Assembly: GCA_003560595.1 (NCBI GenBank)
Contig: PWKY01000076.1
Coordinates: forward strand, 63 to 64,062
DNA length: 64,000 bases
Direction: 5' to 3'
DNA from: Thermoplasmata archaeon
Lineage (GTDB): Archaea; Thermoplasmatota; Thermoplasmata; Halarchaeoplasmatales; Halarchaeoplasmataceae
Within the stretch, counting starts at the first letter, position 1; every line of letters begins with the position of its first letter. This document shows, piece by piece, positions 39,001 through 47,709 of the stretch. The translations under genes were made by a program, and so were the position numbers. The notes beneath the pieces are model-generated. The model had not been told where the DNA came from. It searched no databases and saw nothing but the letters and a program-made list of their open reading frames with translations.

Positions 39001-40239
39001 GATTATCTGGGTCGAAAACAAGACGCTATTAACAGCTACGATAGGGCTATAGAGATATCACCTGAAGATCCAAACCTCTGGTTCAAGAAAGGGGAATTAC
39101 AGTTCGAAATCGAGGAGTATCAGAAGGCAATAGAGAGCTTCGATAGTGCGACTGATATCGATCCGGATTTCGAAGAGGCATGGTTCGAAAAAGGTCGAGT
39201 ACTTGAGGAAGTTAATCATTATAAACCGGCTATCGAAGCCTATGATAAGGCGATCGGTTTGAAAGCTGAAGATAAATACGCTTGGAATAACAAAGGAAGA
39301 GTTTTGATCGAGATCGGTAAAACTGAAAAGGCCATACGTGCATTCGAAAAGGCGTTGGAACTTGATCTGGAATTTGAATCAGCTAAACAGGGTCTTGAAA
39401 TAGCTAAAGACAAAGAAAGAGAAAGAAAGTTAGAAGAATATGCAAAGAAGATTCTAGAATACGAATCCGTTCGTAATCGGGAAGTATCAAAGGAGGAAGC
39501 ATTTAAAAAGTGCAATATACCCTACAATTACATTGATGAGGTCTTTGCCTATCTTTCCCTCCGTGAGGCACTAGATGTTAATTCATTGGATGAAAAAGAA
39601 AAAGATAAGTTAGAAAACGCTTCTCGAGTGGTGATCAAAAAATTGGCCCTTACCTCACGAGAGACATTGTTAAAAAAAGGAGTCCGGCTGTGCGACATAG
39701 TAACGAACTTCCCCGACAAATCTATACCCGAAGCAAAAAGGGTGCTGGAATATATTCGAGAAGTAGACAATATGGACGTTTCTGCAGAACAGATAGATGA
39801 GTCTACCGAAAGATTGCTCAGAAAAAGAGTACTGACTTTACCGCCTGAAAAACGTGACTTCCTAACACTGATCACCAATCTGAATATCGGGATTCACCAG
39901 GCTAAAAAGGTACTAGCAGCATTAAAGAAATTTGAAGGTGCGGATTACAAGCCTCCAAGCACGGAGATATCAACATTAGTACAGGATGAATTTGCTGTGG
40001 AGGAAAAACTTGATAAAAAAGTGGTTAAGGAGACCAAAGAGGCAAAGCCTACCAAAAGTGAAGATGTTGAGGAACCTGAGTGCTATTTCTGCGGAGACCC
40101 CACGCATTACAAACATGATTGTAACGAGCTATCTCTCTGCCCATCCTGTGAGTCAAAACATGCTGGAGAATACTGTCCGGAGTGTAGAGAAGTAATAGGT
40201 TCTAAAGCAGATGCTGAAGAAGACGATATGATGCTCTAG
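36091..40239 (+). CDS. Large TPR-repeat protein (1382 aa) with C-terminal helical and zinc-finger domains
   Basis: About 1100 aa of 34-aa W..KG..L..L.RY.EA...Y..AL repeats; C-terminal CYFC..H..C..CPSC...CPEC. Confidence 0.9.
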   Translation: MGLLDNLLDKEKRALNKAQKYIDKAKDLHQSGDVNKAKEYCDKAWDHLKKNEEIFKEKIEELSRVFDDLGWVYYNIGYDDLALHTEEKALEINETNVLALNHKALILTQKGHPSKALHLLSRALEINNEDRYTLINKGDILKKMERYDEAVRTYEKALELDEEDISIYDKILTIEPRNGKIWAERGLALKNSGDYEKAIESFNKSLEINTNQERIWLYKGLALRDMDKLNDAVVCFDNGLEINPENKDLWSSKGVTLHLLKRDEDALEAFSKALEIDSENKDLWNRKGTILYELGRHKEAVNAFDKGIAIDPDDVKLLNNKKEALKPIGRYEELIRVCDKILDKNPSDASSLYDKGVALHRLGKHQEAIQQLEEALSYNPKDIYALEKEKKIYKELEDWESVIRTSDRINEIDSNNWDAWFDKGNSYLKINNPEQAIESFERSLMIKDNELRALEGKKEALILAGRVEEVVSVCDRIISIDPDNTQAYFDRAKALERLKKYERAIKDYRKGLSNDPSWDEHWNDKGLCEYRIGEYREAIESFDKAIGINSDDKRYWNNKGHSLNKLEMYEEAISAYDKALDIEPNDKRVWYSKGLAQEGLNRYEEAVTSYDKTLELDDSNPKVWYSKGIALEWLDRYEEAVEAFDRSIKLKPNNRFAYIRKGLAHSELGEHEKAIKSFNRALDMKGDDIKLLHEKKESLKELNRWSDILQTANQIIDIDSNNLQAWRDKGEALKRLGEPQNALSCYERALSIEKSLKDLIKVKDLFKDLKRTDGVLEYSELIIEEDPKNEEAWQDKAMALKLLKRWDESLQAFDKALEMEPDSQKMWIHKGMVFEHLKQYENAIRAYNEALELDSSDILPIARKAICLKKMERFEEAAEWFQKAMDIEPDNTRYINMRGRCLIETGDLEEAKELFERSLQIDDQNGTTWEYKGILAEKLERYEEAISSLDTAIKLGVEDKDVWITKAECYDYLGRKQDAINSYDRAIEISPEDPNLWFKKGELQFEIEEYQKAIESFDSATDIDPDFEEAWFEKGRVLEEVNHYKPAIEAYDKAIGLKAEDKYAWNNKGRVLIEIGKTEKAIRAFEKALELDLEFESAKQGLEIAKDKERERKLEEYAKKILEYESVRNREVSKEEAFKKCNIPYNYIDEVFAYLSLREALDVNSLDEKEKDKLENASRVVIKKLALTSRETLLKKGVRLCDIVTNFPDKSIPEAKRVLEYIREVDNMDVSAEQIDESTERLLRKRVLTLPPEKRDFLTLITNLNIGIHQAKKVLAALKKFEGADYKPPSTEISTLVQDEFAVEEKLDKKVVKETKEAKPTKSEDVEEPECYFCGDPTHYKHDCNELSLCPSCESKHAGEYCPECREVIGSKADAEEDDMML

Positions 40240-40791
40240 TTAGAAAAAACCGGTCTTCTTTCTTTTGATATCCGCACGTTTACTTTCCAAGAAGCCGTAA
40301 ACCGTACTATGTTCAGAACCCTCTAAGATCATCTGAACAGCTCTTCTAGCTATAGAGAGTTCTGTGGAAAAACCTACCAATGCAACTGTGTTTCCGTAAA
40401 CGGATACGTAACATTCGCTCAACTCTTCTATAAGCTCCCTAGTCCTACCATCTTTTCCTATAAGTCTTGCTTTCATGCGGTGAATTGCATTGGAACTTTT
40501 ACCAACGTATGAGCGTATGTCTATAAGTTCAAAATAGGCTTGATCCTGTAGTAAAAACAGAGCCTTTTTAGGATTGAATCCACGACCGATAGCCTTCACT
40601 ATATCTTCTAATTTAAGGGCTAAAACGGGGTCCTCCACCTCTCGAGTATCGATATCCACTATGCCCGATTCCGAATCCACGTCAAGTATCGCACCGGTTT
40701 TCTTTTCGATTTCTCTTTTTGTCTTACCCTGTTCACCGATAAGTACACCGATCCGTTCCTTAGGTATCTTTACACTAGGCATGGTCATCAT
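40240..40791 (-). CDS. KH-domain rRNA-processing protein (Dim2/Pno1-like)
   Basis: RIGVLIGEQG, AIGRGF, RLIGKDG, GSEHSTVY; adjacent to rio1. Confidence 0.93.
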   Translation of the reverse strand: MMTMPSVKIPKERIGVLIGEQGKTKREIEKKTGAILDVDSESGIVDIDTREVEDPVLALKLEDIVKAIGRGFNPKKALFLLQDQAYFELIDIRSYVGKSSNAIHRMKARLIGKDGRTRELIEELSECYVSVYGNTVALVGFSTELSIARRAVQMILEGSEHSTVYGFLESKRADIKRKKTGFF

Positions 40792-41515
40792 TTCCTTCCA
40801 TGATAGTTCCGATAATTATATCTTCTGATGTTTCAACACCACTTTTTTGAAAGTATCGAGCTAAATTGGAAACATCTCTCTGAAACAATTCGTCTGCTCG
40901 GGGATGACTTGTAGGTACGGACTGTGAAACATCTATGATATACGCATCTCCATCGGAATAGAGGATGTTATATTCGCTGAGATCACCATGAATCAACTTG
41001 ATTTCGTTTACCATCTTATGGTAATCACCTATGATGCTGTTGTAAACTTCTTCCATCTCTTCTTCGTTTAGCTTAACATCTTTTAACATAGGAGCTGGAC
41101 CACCTTGATGTTCCACTAATTCCATAACAAGAATATTGTTTGAAAATGTGATCGGCATAGGTACGTTGATAATAGCTTCGTACATCCTTTTTAGATTAGA
41201 AAATTCCTTCTTTGCCCATGTGTATATTAGCTTTCTTCCTTTGCCTACGCGTTTAAATCTATAGTCTCCCTCGATATACTTTCGATATTCTTTAAAGATC
41301 GAGGTGTTCATTCTCATTATCTTTACTGCTAAAGGGGTATCATCGGGAGAAAGAGCACGGAACACTTTTGCTTCTTTTCCAGTTGAAATGGGATAATCCA
41401 TGGATTGGATATGCCCGTGTTTCATCAATTCGTATAGAACTTCTAAAGTACTCTTATCGAAGACTTCATCTATGGTTTTCCTTCCAGGAACGAATATGTC
41501 ATCACTTCTTTCCAT
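40775..41515 (-). CDS. rio1: RIO1 family serine kinase
   Basis: ISTGKEAKVF, WAKKEFSNL, IHGDLSEYNIL, IIDVSQSV. Confidence 0.95.
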   Translation of the reverse strand: MERSDDIFVPGRKTIDEVFDKSTLEVLYELMKHGHIQSMDYPISTGKEAKVFRALSPDDTPLAVKIMRMNTSIFKEYRKYIEGDYRFKRVGKGRKLIYTWAKKEFSNLKRMYEAIINVPMPITFSNNILVMELVEHQGGPAPMLKDVKLNEEEMEEVYNSIIGDYHKMVNEIKLIHGDLSEYNILYSDGDAYIIDVSQSVPTSHPRADELFQRDVSNLARYFQKSGVETSEDIIIGTIMEGNDDHA

Positions 41516-41539
41516 TTACCATTTCACCTTATGAAGCCC

Positions 41540-41848
41540 TTAAAAACGTTTCGTGCCTTCTTTCGGGTACTTGATTTTATTTTTTTCAAGTTTTTCTATC
41601 ACCGCTTCAATTAGATCTATATCCGTAACATCGGCTAAAGAAAGAAGGTATATCAAAACATCTGCCATCTCTTCCTTTAGACGCTCTTTTGAAACAATTT
41701 CATCGTCCCTCCACTGAAATAATTCTAACAACTCTGCGGACTCGATACATATAGATATAGAAAGATCTTTAGGATTGTGATATTTAAGCCAATCTCGTTC
41801 ATCTCTAAACTTTACCACTTCTCTTTGAAGGTCGTCAATATCTCTCAT
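41540..41848 (-). CDS. MazG-like nucleotide pyrophosphohydrolase
   Basis: FRDERDW..YHNPKDL, ESAELLELFQW, EEMADV, KYP. Confidence 0.92.
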   Translation of the reverse strand: MRDIDDLQREVVKFRDERDWLKYHNPKDLSISICIESAELLELFQWRDDEIVSKERLKEEMADVLIYLLSLADVTDIDLIEAVIEKLEKNKIKYPKEGTKRF

Positions 41849-41935
41849 ATAGCTAAATCAAAATAACTGTATATCAATTTTGTCAAAAAATATATAATGA
41901 GAAGGGGTTTTAATGAAACTAGCGTTGATGATCAA

Positions 41936-42214
41936 CTAAGCTTTTTTCATCGTGATTTCCATGGACGATACGTTAACCGTCCCATCATCTCCTTCTCTAT
42001 CGATCTGTTCCGTATCCGTTTTGATATCGATTATTGATGATTCTGGAACGAAACGATGTCTAGTTATCTCAGCAACATCAACGGCCTTACTGATAGCTCG
42101 TCCCCTTGACTTTATAACTACTTCATCTGAACCACTGTTGAACTGGGTCACGACAGCCATTACGTAGTTCATTGTTTCTTTTTTTCCGATATACACTGTG
42201 TTTTCATCATCCAT
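41936..42214 (-). CDS. albA: DNA/RNA-binding protein Alba
   Basis: VYIGKKETMNYV, KSRGRAISKAVDVAE, VSSMEI; GGAGGA SD. Confidence 0.95.
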   Translation of the reverse strand: MDDENTVYIGKKETMNYVMAVVTQFNSGSDEVVIKSRGRAISKAVDVAEITRHRFVPESSIIDIKTDTEQIDREGDDGTVNVSSMEITMKKA

Positions 42215-42294
42215 ATGCATTCCTCCTGAGTTGGTTTAGGGCATGACTTTAACTTACGCCAGGTATTTAATATTTGGCCTTTTACGGCCAGGTG

Positions 42295-42330
42295 AAAGAA
42301 AATAAAAATTTTCGAAACTCGCTTTCGAAG
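42295..42330 (-). terminator. Hairpin plus U-rich tract downstream of tRNA-Arg
   Basis: Minus strand TTCGAAA-GCGAG-TTTCGAA followed by AATTTTTATTTTCTTT. Confidence 0.5.
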
Positions 42331-42357
42331 GTGAGGTGAGGAAGCGAAAATTGTGAG

Positions 42358-42495
42358 CGGACTCGCCGGGATTTTCGTTCGACGAGGGTTTTCCTCGACA
42401 GGTTTCGAACCCGGGTTTGGGGCTCCGGAGGCCCCAGTGATATCCATTGTAGTCCACACACTAGGATGTGAAGTGGATTGCTACACCACGAGCCC
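42358..42495 (-). tRNA. tRNA-Arg(CCG) with two 32-nt non-canonical introns (42478-42447 in the D-loop; 42403-42372 in the T-loop, position 59/60)
   Basis: Acceptor GGGCTCG/CGAGTCC plus discriminator G; anticodon arm GGGGC-CTCCGGA-GCCCC; T-arm CCGGG-TTCGAA|T-CCCGG. Removing both introns gives a 74-nt cloverleaf. No encoded CCA. Confidence 0.92.
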
Positions 42496-42647
42496 TATTT
42501 GTTCTTGAATTCTGTATACCCGCATTGACCACAAGAAACGCGATCTTTATGAACTCCCAAAAACACGCCATCTCCGCATTTTGGACAGTTGCGTCTTAAA
42601 CGTTTTATCTTGCCATCTTTGACTTCGTACATATCTTTTTTAGCCAT
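42495..42647 (-). CDS. rps27ae: 30S ribosomal protein S27ae (eS31), missing from the ORF track
   Basis: [50 protein letters not shown]; follows rps24e as expected. Confidence 0.95.
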   Translation of the reverse strand: MAKKDMYEVKDGKIKRLRRNCPKCGDGVFLGVHKDRVSCGQCGYTEFKNK

Positions 42648-42651
42648 TGGA

Positions 42652-42945
42652 TCATCCCTTCAACTTGTTTCGAGTTATCTGATGCTTTCGTTCGTAGTGT
42701 ATCGCATCGTCTTTACTGTCATATAATTTAGCTATAACTTGAGTTTGATCTAAACCAAACTGTGCGTTTATACTGTCAACCACTATTTGACCCTTATCAA
42801 ATCCAGTTAACGAAGCTATGCTTGCTTTTATCTGATCTCGATTAGGAGTAGGGCCTAACTCATGATGTACAGTAAGTACTAGTTCTCTCCTTTTGAGGAG
42901 TTTATTTTCCTTTTCTTCTTCTATGTCTATTGATATATCCGACAT
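42652..42945 (-). CDS. rps24e: 30S ribosomal protein S24e
   Basis: [16 protein letters not shown]....AKLYDS, RNK. Confidence 0.93.
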   Translation of the reverse strand: MSDISIDIEEEKENKLLKRRELVLTVHHELGPTPNRDQIKASIASLTGFDKGQIVVDSINAQFGLDQTQVIAKLYDSKDDAIHYERKHQITRNKLKG

Positions 42946-42946
42946 T

Positions 42947-43459
42947 CTATCCACCTTGGTTCACTTTTTCCATACTATTTATTACTTGCCACGCCTTTTC
43001 CTTCTTATCCTTGTCTACTACATTTACAGACATCCCCTTTAAGGGTATCCCATATAATACTATTCCTCCCTCGGGGCATATCACCATGGAAGCTATTGCA
43101 AGAAGATCTTCCTCACCCTTGACCATTATGAGTAAAGAGTTTTCAGAGGATATTCCTTTTTCTATAGCTCTCCAAGATTGAACAGTGATCTGAGCAGGAG
43201 GATTATTTACTTCTATTTTACCTTCGAAAGCAGGCGTATCTCCATCATAATCGCCTCTCCGTGTTTTTCCGTCTATTATGCCGACATCGGGAACGACTCC
43301 TTGTTGGTAAAGAACATCATTGACGTAGTCTCCAACGGCGATCAATGGTTTATTTTTTAAATACTTTTCAGGCAGGGAACCGGAAACTACTGGCCCTATA
43401 CTTTCTTTAAGTTGGTTTCGAAGGTTTTCTGGGAGTTTAAGGTCGTTGACTATTGCCAT
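42947..43459 (-). CDS. GTP-dependent dephospho-CoA kinase (DUF359)
   Basis: AVGD, IIDGKTRR, NPPAQIT, GEEDLLA, YGIP; conserved position after spt4. Confidence 0.9.
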   Translation of the reverse strand: MAIVNDLKLPENLRNQLKESIGPVVSGSLPEKYLKNKPLIAVGDYVNDVLYQQGVVPDVGIIDGKTRRGDYDGDTPAFEGKIEVNNPPAQITVQSWRAIEKGISSENSLLIMVKGEEDLLAIASMVICPEGGIVLYGIPLKGMSVNVVDKDKKEKAWQVINSMEKVNQGG

Positions 43460-43466
43460 AAGATAC

Positions 43467-43658
43467 CTATTCTCTAACTTTTAAAGCGAATTTACCGTTT
43501 GTCTTTATTCCCATCTTCCTAGCTAGTTCGGAATGTTCATGTTCGATCACGATCAGGTATCCCTGCCATTCTTGTGTGACTTCTGATCCACATAAAGGAC
43601 ATTCCTTCTCATGTGTGATGGCATTGCATTTTTTACACGCCTTCTTCTTTTTAGCCAT
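43467..43658 (-). CDS. spt4: Transcription elongation factor Spt4 (RpoE'')
   Basis: ACKKC...CPLCGS..EWQGYLIV..SELARKMGI..GKFALKVR. Confidence 0.95.
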   Translation of the reverse strand: MAKKKKACKKCNAITHEKECPLCGSEVTQEWQGYLIVIEHEHSELARKMGIKTNGKFALKVRE

Positions 43659-43663
43659 AAATA

Positions 43664-44212
43664 TTAAGCCTCCAGTTTCTCTTTGATCCATTCAACTTTA
43701 CCTAGGCCGGCTTGACGCATGGTTAACCCGATTTTACTTTCTCTTGGGCTTCTCTCGTTGACGCTTACTGTGACTATCCTGGCTCTAAGCTTATCGTTGA
43801 TACCGATCTCCCTTTTGGATTCTCTTCCTCTCAAACGCTGGTTACCTATATCTACTTCTACTCTATCATTCATTATTTGACTGATATGGAGAAGACCGTC
43901 TAGGGGGCCGAATCTAACGAATGCTCCGAATTTTAGTATTTCACAAACATAACCGTAAATCAATTCGTTTTCTTCCAGCTGGAACAATAGAGCATCGTAT
44001 TTAACCCGCTGATATATACCTCCGTCACCATGGACTATTTTACCGTCTCCCAATCGCTCGATATTGGTTGCCATTATTATCAATTTATTGCCATCTTCTA
44101 GATTACCTTCGAAGGTTTCGCATGCTATCTCTTTTGCAACCTGATCCAGGTCTTCGTCTAGTTTGTGTGGAGGTATCCTTATGGTATCTTCTTTCTTTTC
44201 CATCTTGTACAT
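43664..44212 (-). CDS. rpoE1: RNA polymerase subunit E' (Rpo7)
   Basis: IRIPP, GDGG, FGAFVRFGPLDGLLHISQI, KIGLTMRQ.GLG. Confidence 0.97.
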   Translation of the reverse strand: MYKMEKKEDTIRIPPHKLDEDLDQVAKEIACETFEGNLEDGNKLIIMATNIERLGDGKIVHGDGGIYQRVKYDALLFQLEENELIYGYVCEILKFGAFVRFGPLDGLLHISQIMNDRVEVDIGNQRLRGRESKREIGINDKLRARIVTVSVNERSPRESKIGLTMRQAGLGKVEWIKEKLEA

Positions 44213-44226
44213 GTGTTCTCACCAGC

Positions 44227-46308
44227 TTAAATCAGTCCAGTTCGCGGGATTATACTTGCAAATACTAATGCAACTACGGACATGAGCTTTATCAGTATGT
44301 TCAAAGAGGGTCCCGAGGTATCTTTGAACGGATCGCCGACGGTATCGCCTACTACCCCGGCTTTGTGTGAATCCGACCCTTTGCCCCCATGGTGGCCCTG
44401 TTCTATGTACTTTTTGGCGTTATCCCATGCTCCACCTGCATTTGCCATCATGATCGCGAGGACGAATCCGGTACCTACAGCAGCCATCAGGAATCCGCCT
44501 AGTGCGGCTGCGCCCAGGATCATCCCGACTGCTACGGGGACTACTATAGCCAATACTCCGGGTATCACCATCTCTTTTAGAGCTGATGCAGTGCTTAGAT
44601 TGATCACTCGTTGGTAATCTGCCTCGGCCTCACCGTCTATCAACCCAGGGATCTCCTTGAACTGTATTCTGACCTCCTTAACTATCTCAAAGGCTGATTT
44701 TCCCACCGCTTTCATGGTGATCGCACAGAAAATGAATGGAACCATAGCGCCAAGGAAGATGCCCACCAGTACGGGTGGTTGCAGTATACTGAAGTCACCT
44801 ACTTCCAATCCGACCTGAGACGCGTAGGCTGCTGTTAGAGTCAGTGCAGTCAGTGCTGCGGACCCGATTGCGAAACCCTTTCCGGTGGCCGCTGTTGTAT
44901 TGCCGAGAGAGTCAAGAGCATCTGTTCGTTCACGTACCTTTGGCTCTAGACCACTCATCTCCGCTAGACCACCTGCGTTGTCGGCTACCGGGCCATAGGC
45001 ATCAGTCGAAAGTGTGACTCCAAGGGTTGAAAGCATCCCGATGGCGGAGATGGCTACACCATACAATCCTGCGAATTCAAATGAAATAATTATGGCTACA
45101 GATACGATTATCACAGGGAATAGAGTACTTTCCATACCACTAGCTATACCCTGTATGATAAAAGTAGCAGGTCCGGTCTCCGTTGATTTCGCCAGGTTTT
45201 TAGTTGGTTTGTACCTGTCAGACGTATAGTATTCCGTGAAATACCCTATCAAGGAACCAGCTATAAGACCTGCTACGACAGCACCCCATATACCTAGGTT
45301 GTCCGGTGCAAGTAGATAAACAACAAAGAATGAGAATACTCCTACTATCACTGCAGAACCATACGTACCCCTGCGAAGTGCATTAAGGAGTGCTTCCTGG
45401 CTGGCATCTTCTTTGGTTCTTACAAAAAAGATTGCAACCATGGATGCGATGATCCCTGCAGCAGCGATCAATAAGGGGATAGCAAAAATTTCAGTTCCCA
45501 TACCTTCAACAGGGCTGTCCAACAAGGGAGTCATACCAGAGCCTTCATAGGCCATCCACCCAAGGGTAAGAGCCGCTATGATCGAGTTGGTGTATGATTC
45601 GTAAAGGTCGGCACCCATGCCGGCAACATCACCAACATTATCTCCCACGTTATCTGCGATAACTGCAGGGTTCCTTGGATCGTCTTCGGCTATCCCTGCT
45701 TCGACCTTTCCTGCTAAGTCTGCGCCGACGTCGGCAGCTTTGGTGTAGATACCTCCACCCACACGGGCGAAGAGTGCTATCGAGCTAGCACCAAAACCGA
45801 AGCCGGCTATGAACGTAAGTGAATCCTCTAAACCTACAAAATAATTTGTTAACAAGAGCACAGCGCTCAATCCTAGTAACCCAAGGCTGACAACGGACAT
45901 CCCCATGACCGCACCACCTCTAAAGGCTATACGAAGTGATTTATCAAGGCTATTCCTAGCAGCCTGAGTAGTAGGTGCACTTGAATTGGTAGCGGTTATC
46001 ATGCCCATGTATCCTGCAGTAGCCGATAGGATAGCGCCTACAAGGAATGCAAAGGCAGTGAAAGGTGCATTTCCATCTGCTAAGTCCTTTCCACCCAGCA
46101 ATATTGCTACAACGGCCACGAATATGGCGATATATTTGTATTCAGTATGCAGATAAGTCTTAGCGCCTTGCTGTACTTGGTCGGCTATCTTCTGCATCAA
46201 TTTATTTCCTTTATCTTGTTTGGATATAAACTTAGAGAAATATCCTGCTAGAAGTATTCCAAGTAGAGACACCAATATAGCTACTATTCCGTACTCTATT
46301 CCATTCAT
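44227..46308 (-). CDS. hppA: Membrane-bound K+-dependent, probably Na+-translocating, pyrophosphatase
   Basis: GGGIYTKAADVGADL, EDDPRNP, DNVGDNVGD, ADLYESY, GNTTAATGKG (Ala form), GDTVGDPFKDTSGP. Confidence 0.96.
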   Translation of the reverse strand: MNGIEYGIVAILVSLLGILLAGYFSKFISKQDKGNKLMQKIADQVQQGAKTYLHTEYKYIAIFVAVVAILLGGKDLADGNAPFTAFAFLVGAILSATAGYMGMITATNSSAPTTQAARNSLDKSLRIAFRGGAVMGMSVVSLGLLGLSAVLLLTNYFVGLEDSLTFIAGFGFGASSIALFARVGGGIYTKAADVGADLAGKVEAGIAEDDPRNPAVIADNVGDNVGDVAGMGADLYESYTNSIIAALTLGWMAYEGSGMTPLLDSPVEGMGTEIFAIPLLIAAAGIIASMVAIFFVRTKEDASQEALLNALRRGTYGSAVIVGVFSFFVVYLLAPDNLGIWGAVVAGLIAGSLIGYFTEYYTSDRYKPTKNLAKSTETGPATFIIQGIASGMESTLFPVIIVSVAIIISFEFAGLYGVAISAIGMLSTLGVTLSTDAYGPVADNAGGLAEMSGLEPKVRERTDALDSLGNTTAATGKGFAIGSAALTALTLTAAYASQVGLEVGDFSILQPPVLVGIFLGAMVPFIFCAITMKAVGKSAFEIVKEVRIQFKEIPGLIDGEAEADYQRVINLSTASALKEMVIPGVLAIVVPVAVGMILGAAALGGFLMAAVGTGFVLAIMMANAGGAWDNAKKYIEQGHHGGKGSDSHKAGVVGDTVGDPFKDTSGPSLNILIKLMSVVALVFASIIPRTGLI

Positions 46309-46367
46309 GCTAACACCTGATTGAATAAAGGGACTGACATTAAGTATTTATATTTTTTCAATCACCG

Positions 46368-47708
46368 TTATCCCGATGTGAAAGAAAGATCTTCTACTTG
46401 TAGGTAAGGTAGTTCCATGTAGAGTAGTGAAGCCACTTTTTCTACGTTGGATGATATGGCAGATATATTGTTCAAAGAGTCAAATACGTTTCCCGAGACC
46501 ATCATATTCTTCAATGGGTGCTTTATTGCCCCGCCTTCTATCATGTAACCGCCCTTTACAACTCCAGAAAAATCACCGTTCACTGGATTAATATCGCCAG
46601 AGAAACGGTTTATCAATACACCGTTCTCAACTTCACTTATCAAATGCTCGAGTCCCCTATTACCAGGAGATAAAACAAGGTTTGTGGGATCTATAGAGGG
46701 GATGGTTCTTGGGCCACCAGAAGCATGTCCAGTTGACTGGACGTCCATGGCGTTTGCTGTGTAACTGTTGTGAAGATGGCTTTTTAAGACCCCATCTTCG
46801 ACGATCTTTAACTTAGGTATCGGCAGCCCTTCCCTATCGAAGGACCTACATCTTAACCCCTTGGGAAGTCTTGAATGGTCGACCAAGTTAAAGTTCGAAG
46901 CCGCAATTTTCTCTCCGATCTTATCAGTAAAAGGACTCATGCCTCTGAGTACACGGTTACCTTTTAAAGGATATATCAGGCCCATGAATAACATCATTGC
47001 CAAAGCCTGAGGAGATAATATTCCAGTACCCTCGAAGCTCTTCGCTTTTTTTGCACCCAGTGAATTTATAGTGGATTCAACAAGTTCACGAGCCACCATT
47101 TCAACATCAATATCGGCGATATAGTTAGATCCTCCGACTTTTAGATCTTCATTCGATATCTCACCTTTATCTGATGCCATGCCCATAGCGAGACAGATAT
47201 AAACACTAGATCTCTCGGATTCACTTACACCCCTGGAATTGACCACCGCTCTTTGCATGTCATGTGTGGCAAAAAAACCATCGCTGAAGCTGAATCTATC
47301 ATCCTGGTTAAGGCAGGTTTCAAGCAAAAGTTTTGCATTTCTCACTGCATCTTGGACCTCGAAATCCTGAATAGTTTTGTCATAAATACCCTTCAGATGA
47401 GATACCTTCTTGGGTGCTGGTATCAAGTTATTTTCATCTGGGATAGAATTTTTAGCGATATTATATGCTTCTTTTACCTTCTTTAATATCACTCTTTCAT
47501 CTAAGGAATGCACAGAAGAAAAACCCAAACGGTCATCGTGTAGAACCCTCACGCCTACCTGTTCTTTGACATGATAGCGGGACATATTGATCTCATTACT
47601 TTGAATACCAACATCGATGTTTGTATCCGTAACTAGGTAGATCTCTAAATCGTCGATATTTTCCGCCTTTCTGAGTATATTTTCCCCTAACTCGAGCAAT
47701 CTAGACAT
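46368..47708 (-). CDS. TldE/PmbA family protein (copy 2)
   Basis: GVRVL..LGFS, FDREG, GHASG, NGDFSG; no HExxH. Confidence 0.88.
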   Translation of the reverse strand: MSRLLELGENILRKAENIDDLEIYLVTDTNIDVGIQSNEINMSRYHVKEQVGVRVLHDDRLGFSSVHSLDERVILKKVKEAYNIAKNSIPDENNLIPAPKKVSHLKGIYDKTIQDFEVQDAVRNAKLLLETCLNQDDRFSFSDGFFATHDMQRAVVNSRGVSESERSSVYICLAMGMASDKGEISNEDLKVGGSNYIADIDVEMVARELVESTINSLGAKKAKSFEGTGILSPQALAMMLFMGLIYPLKGNRVLRGMSPFTDKIGEKIAASNFNLVDHSRLPKGLRCRSFDREGLPIPKLKIVEDGVLKSHLHNSYTANAMDVQSTGHASGGPRTIPSIDPTNLVLSPGNRGLEHLISEVENGVLINRFSGDINPVNGDFSGVVKGGYMIEGGAIKHPLKNMMVSGNVFDSLNNISAISSNVEKVASLLYMELPYLQVEDLSFTSG

Positions 47709-47709
47709 C

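Noticed and set aside
42169..42459. ORF-track proteins of 96 and 67 aa upstream of alba
   Set aside because: They overlap the intron-containing tRNA-Arg and its terminator; spurious.
3821..43467. Genome-wide TAG recoding (pyrrolysine code)
   Set aside because: TAG ends many conserved genes at their expected lengths (xpd, yjbQ, rfcS, rio1, alba, rps27ae, DUF359, spt4), so it is a normal stop here.
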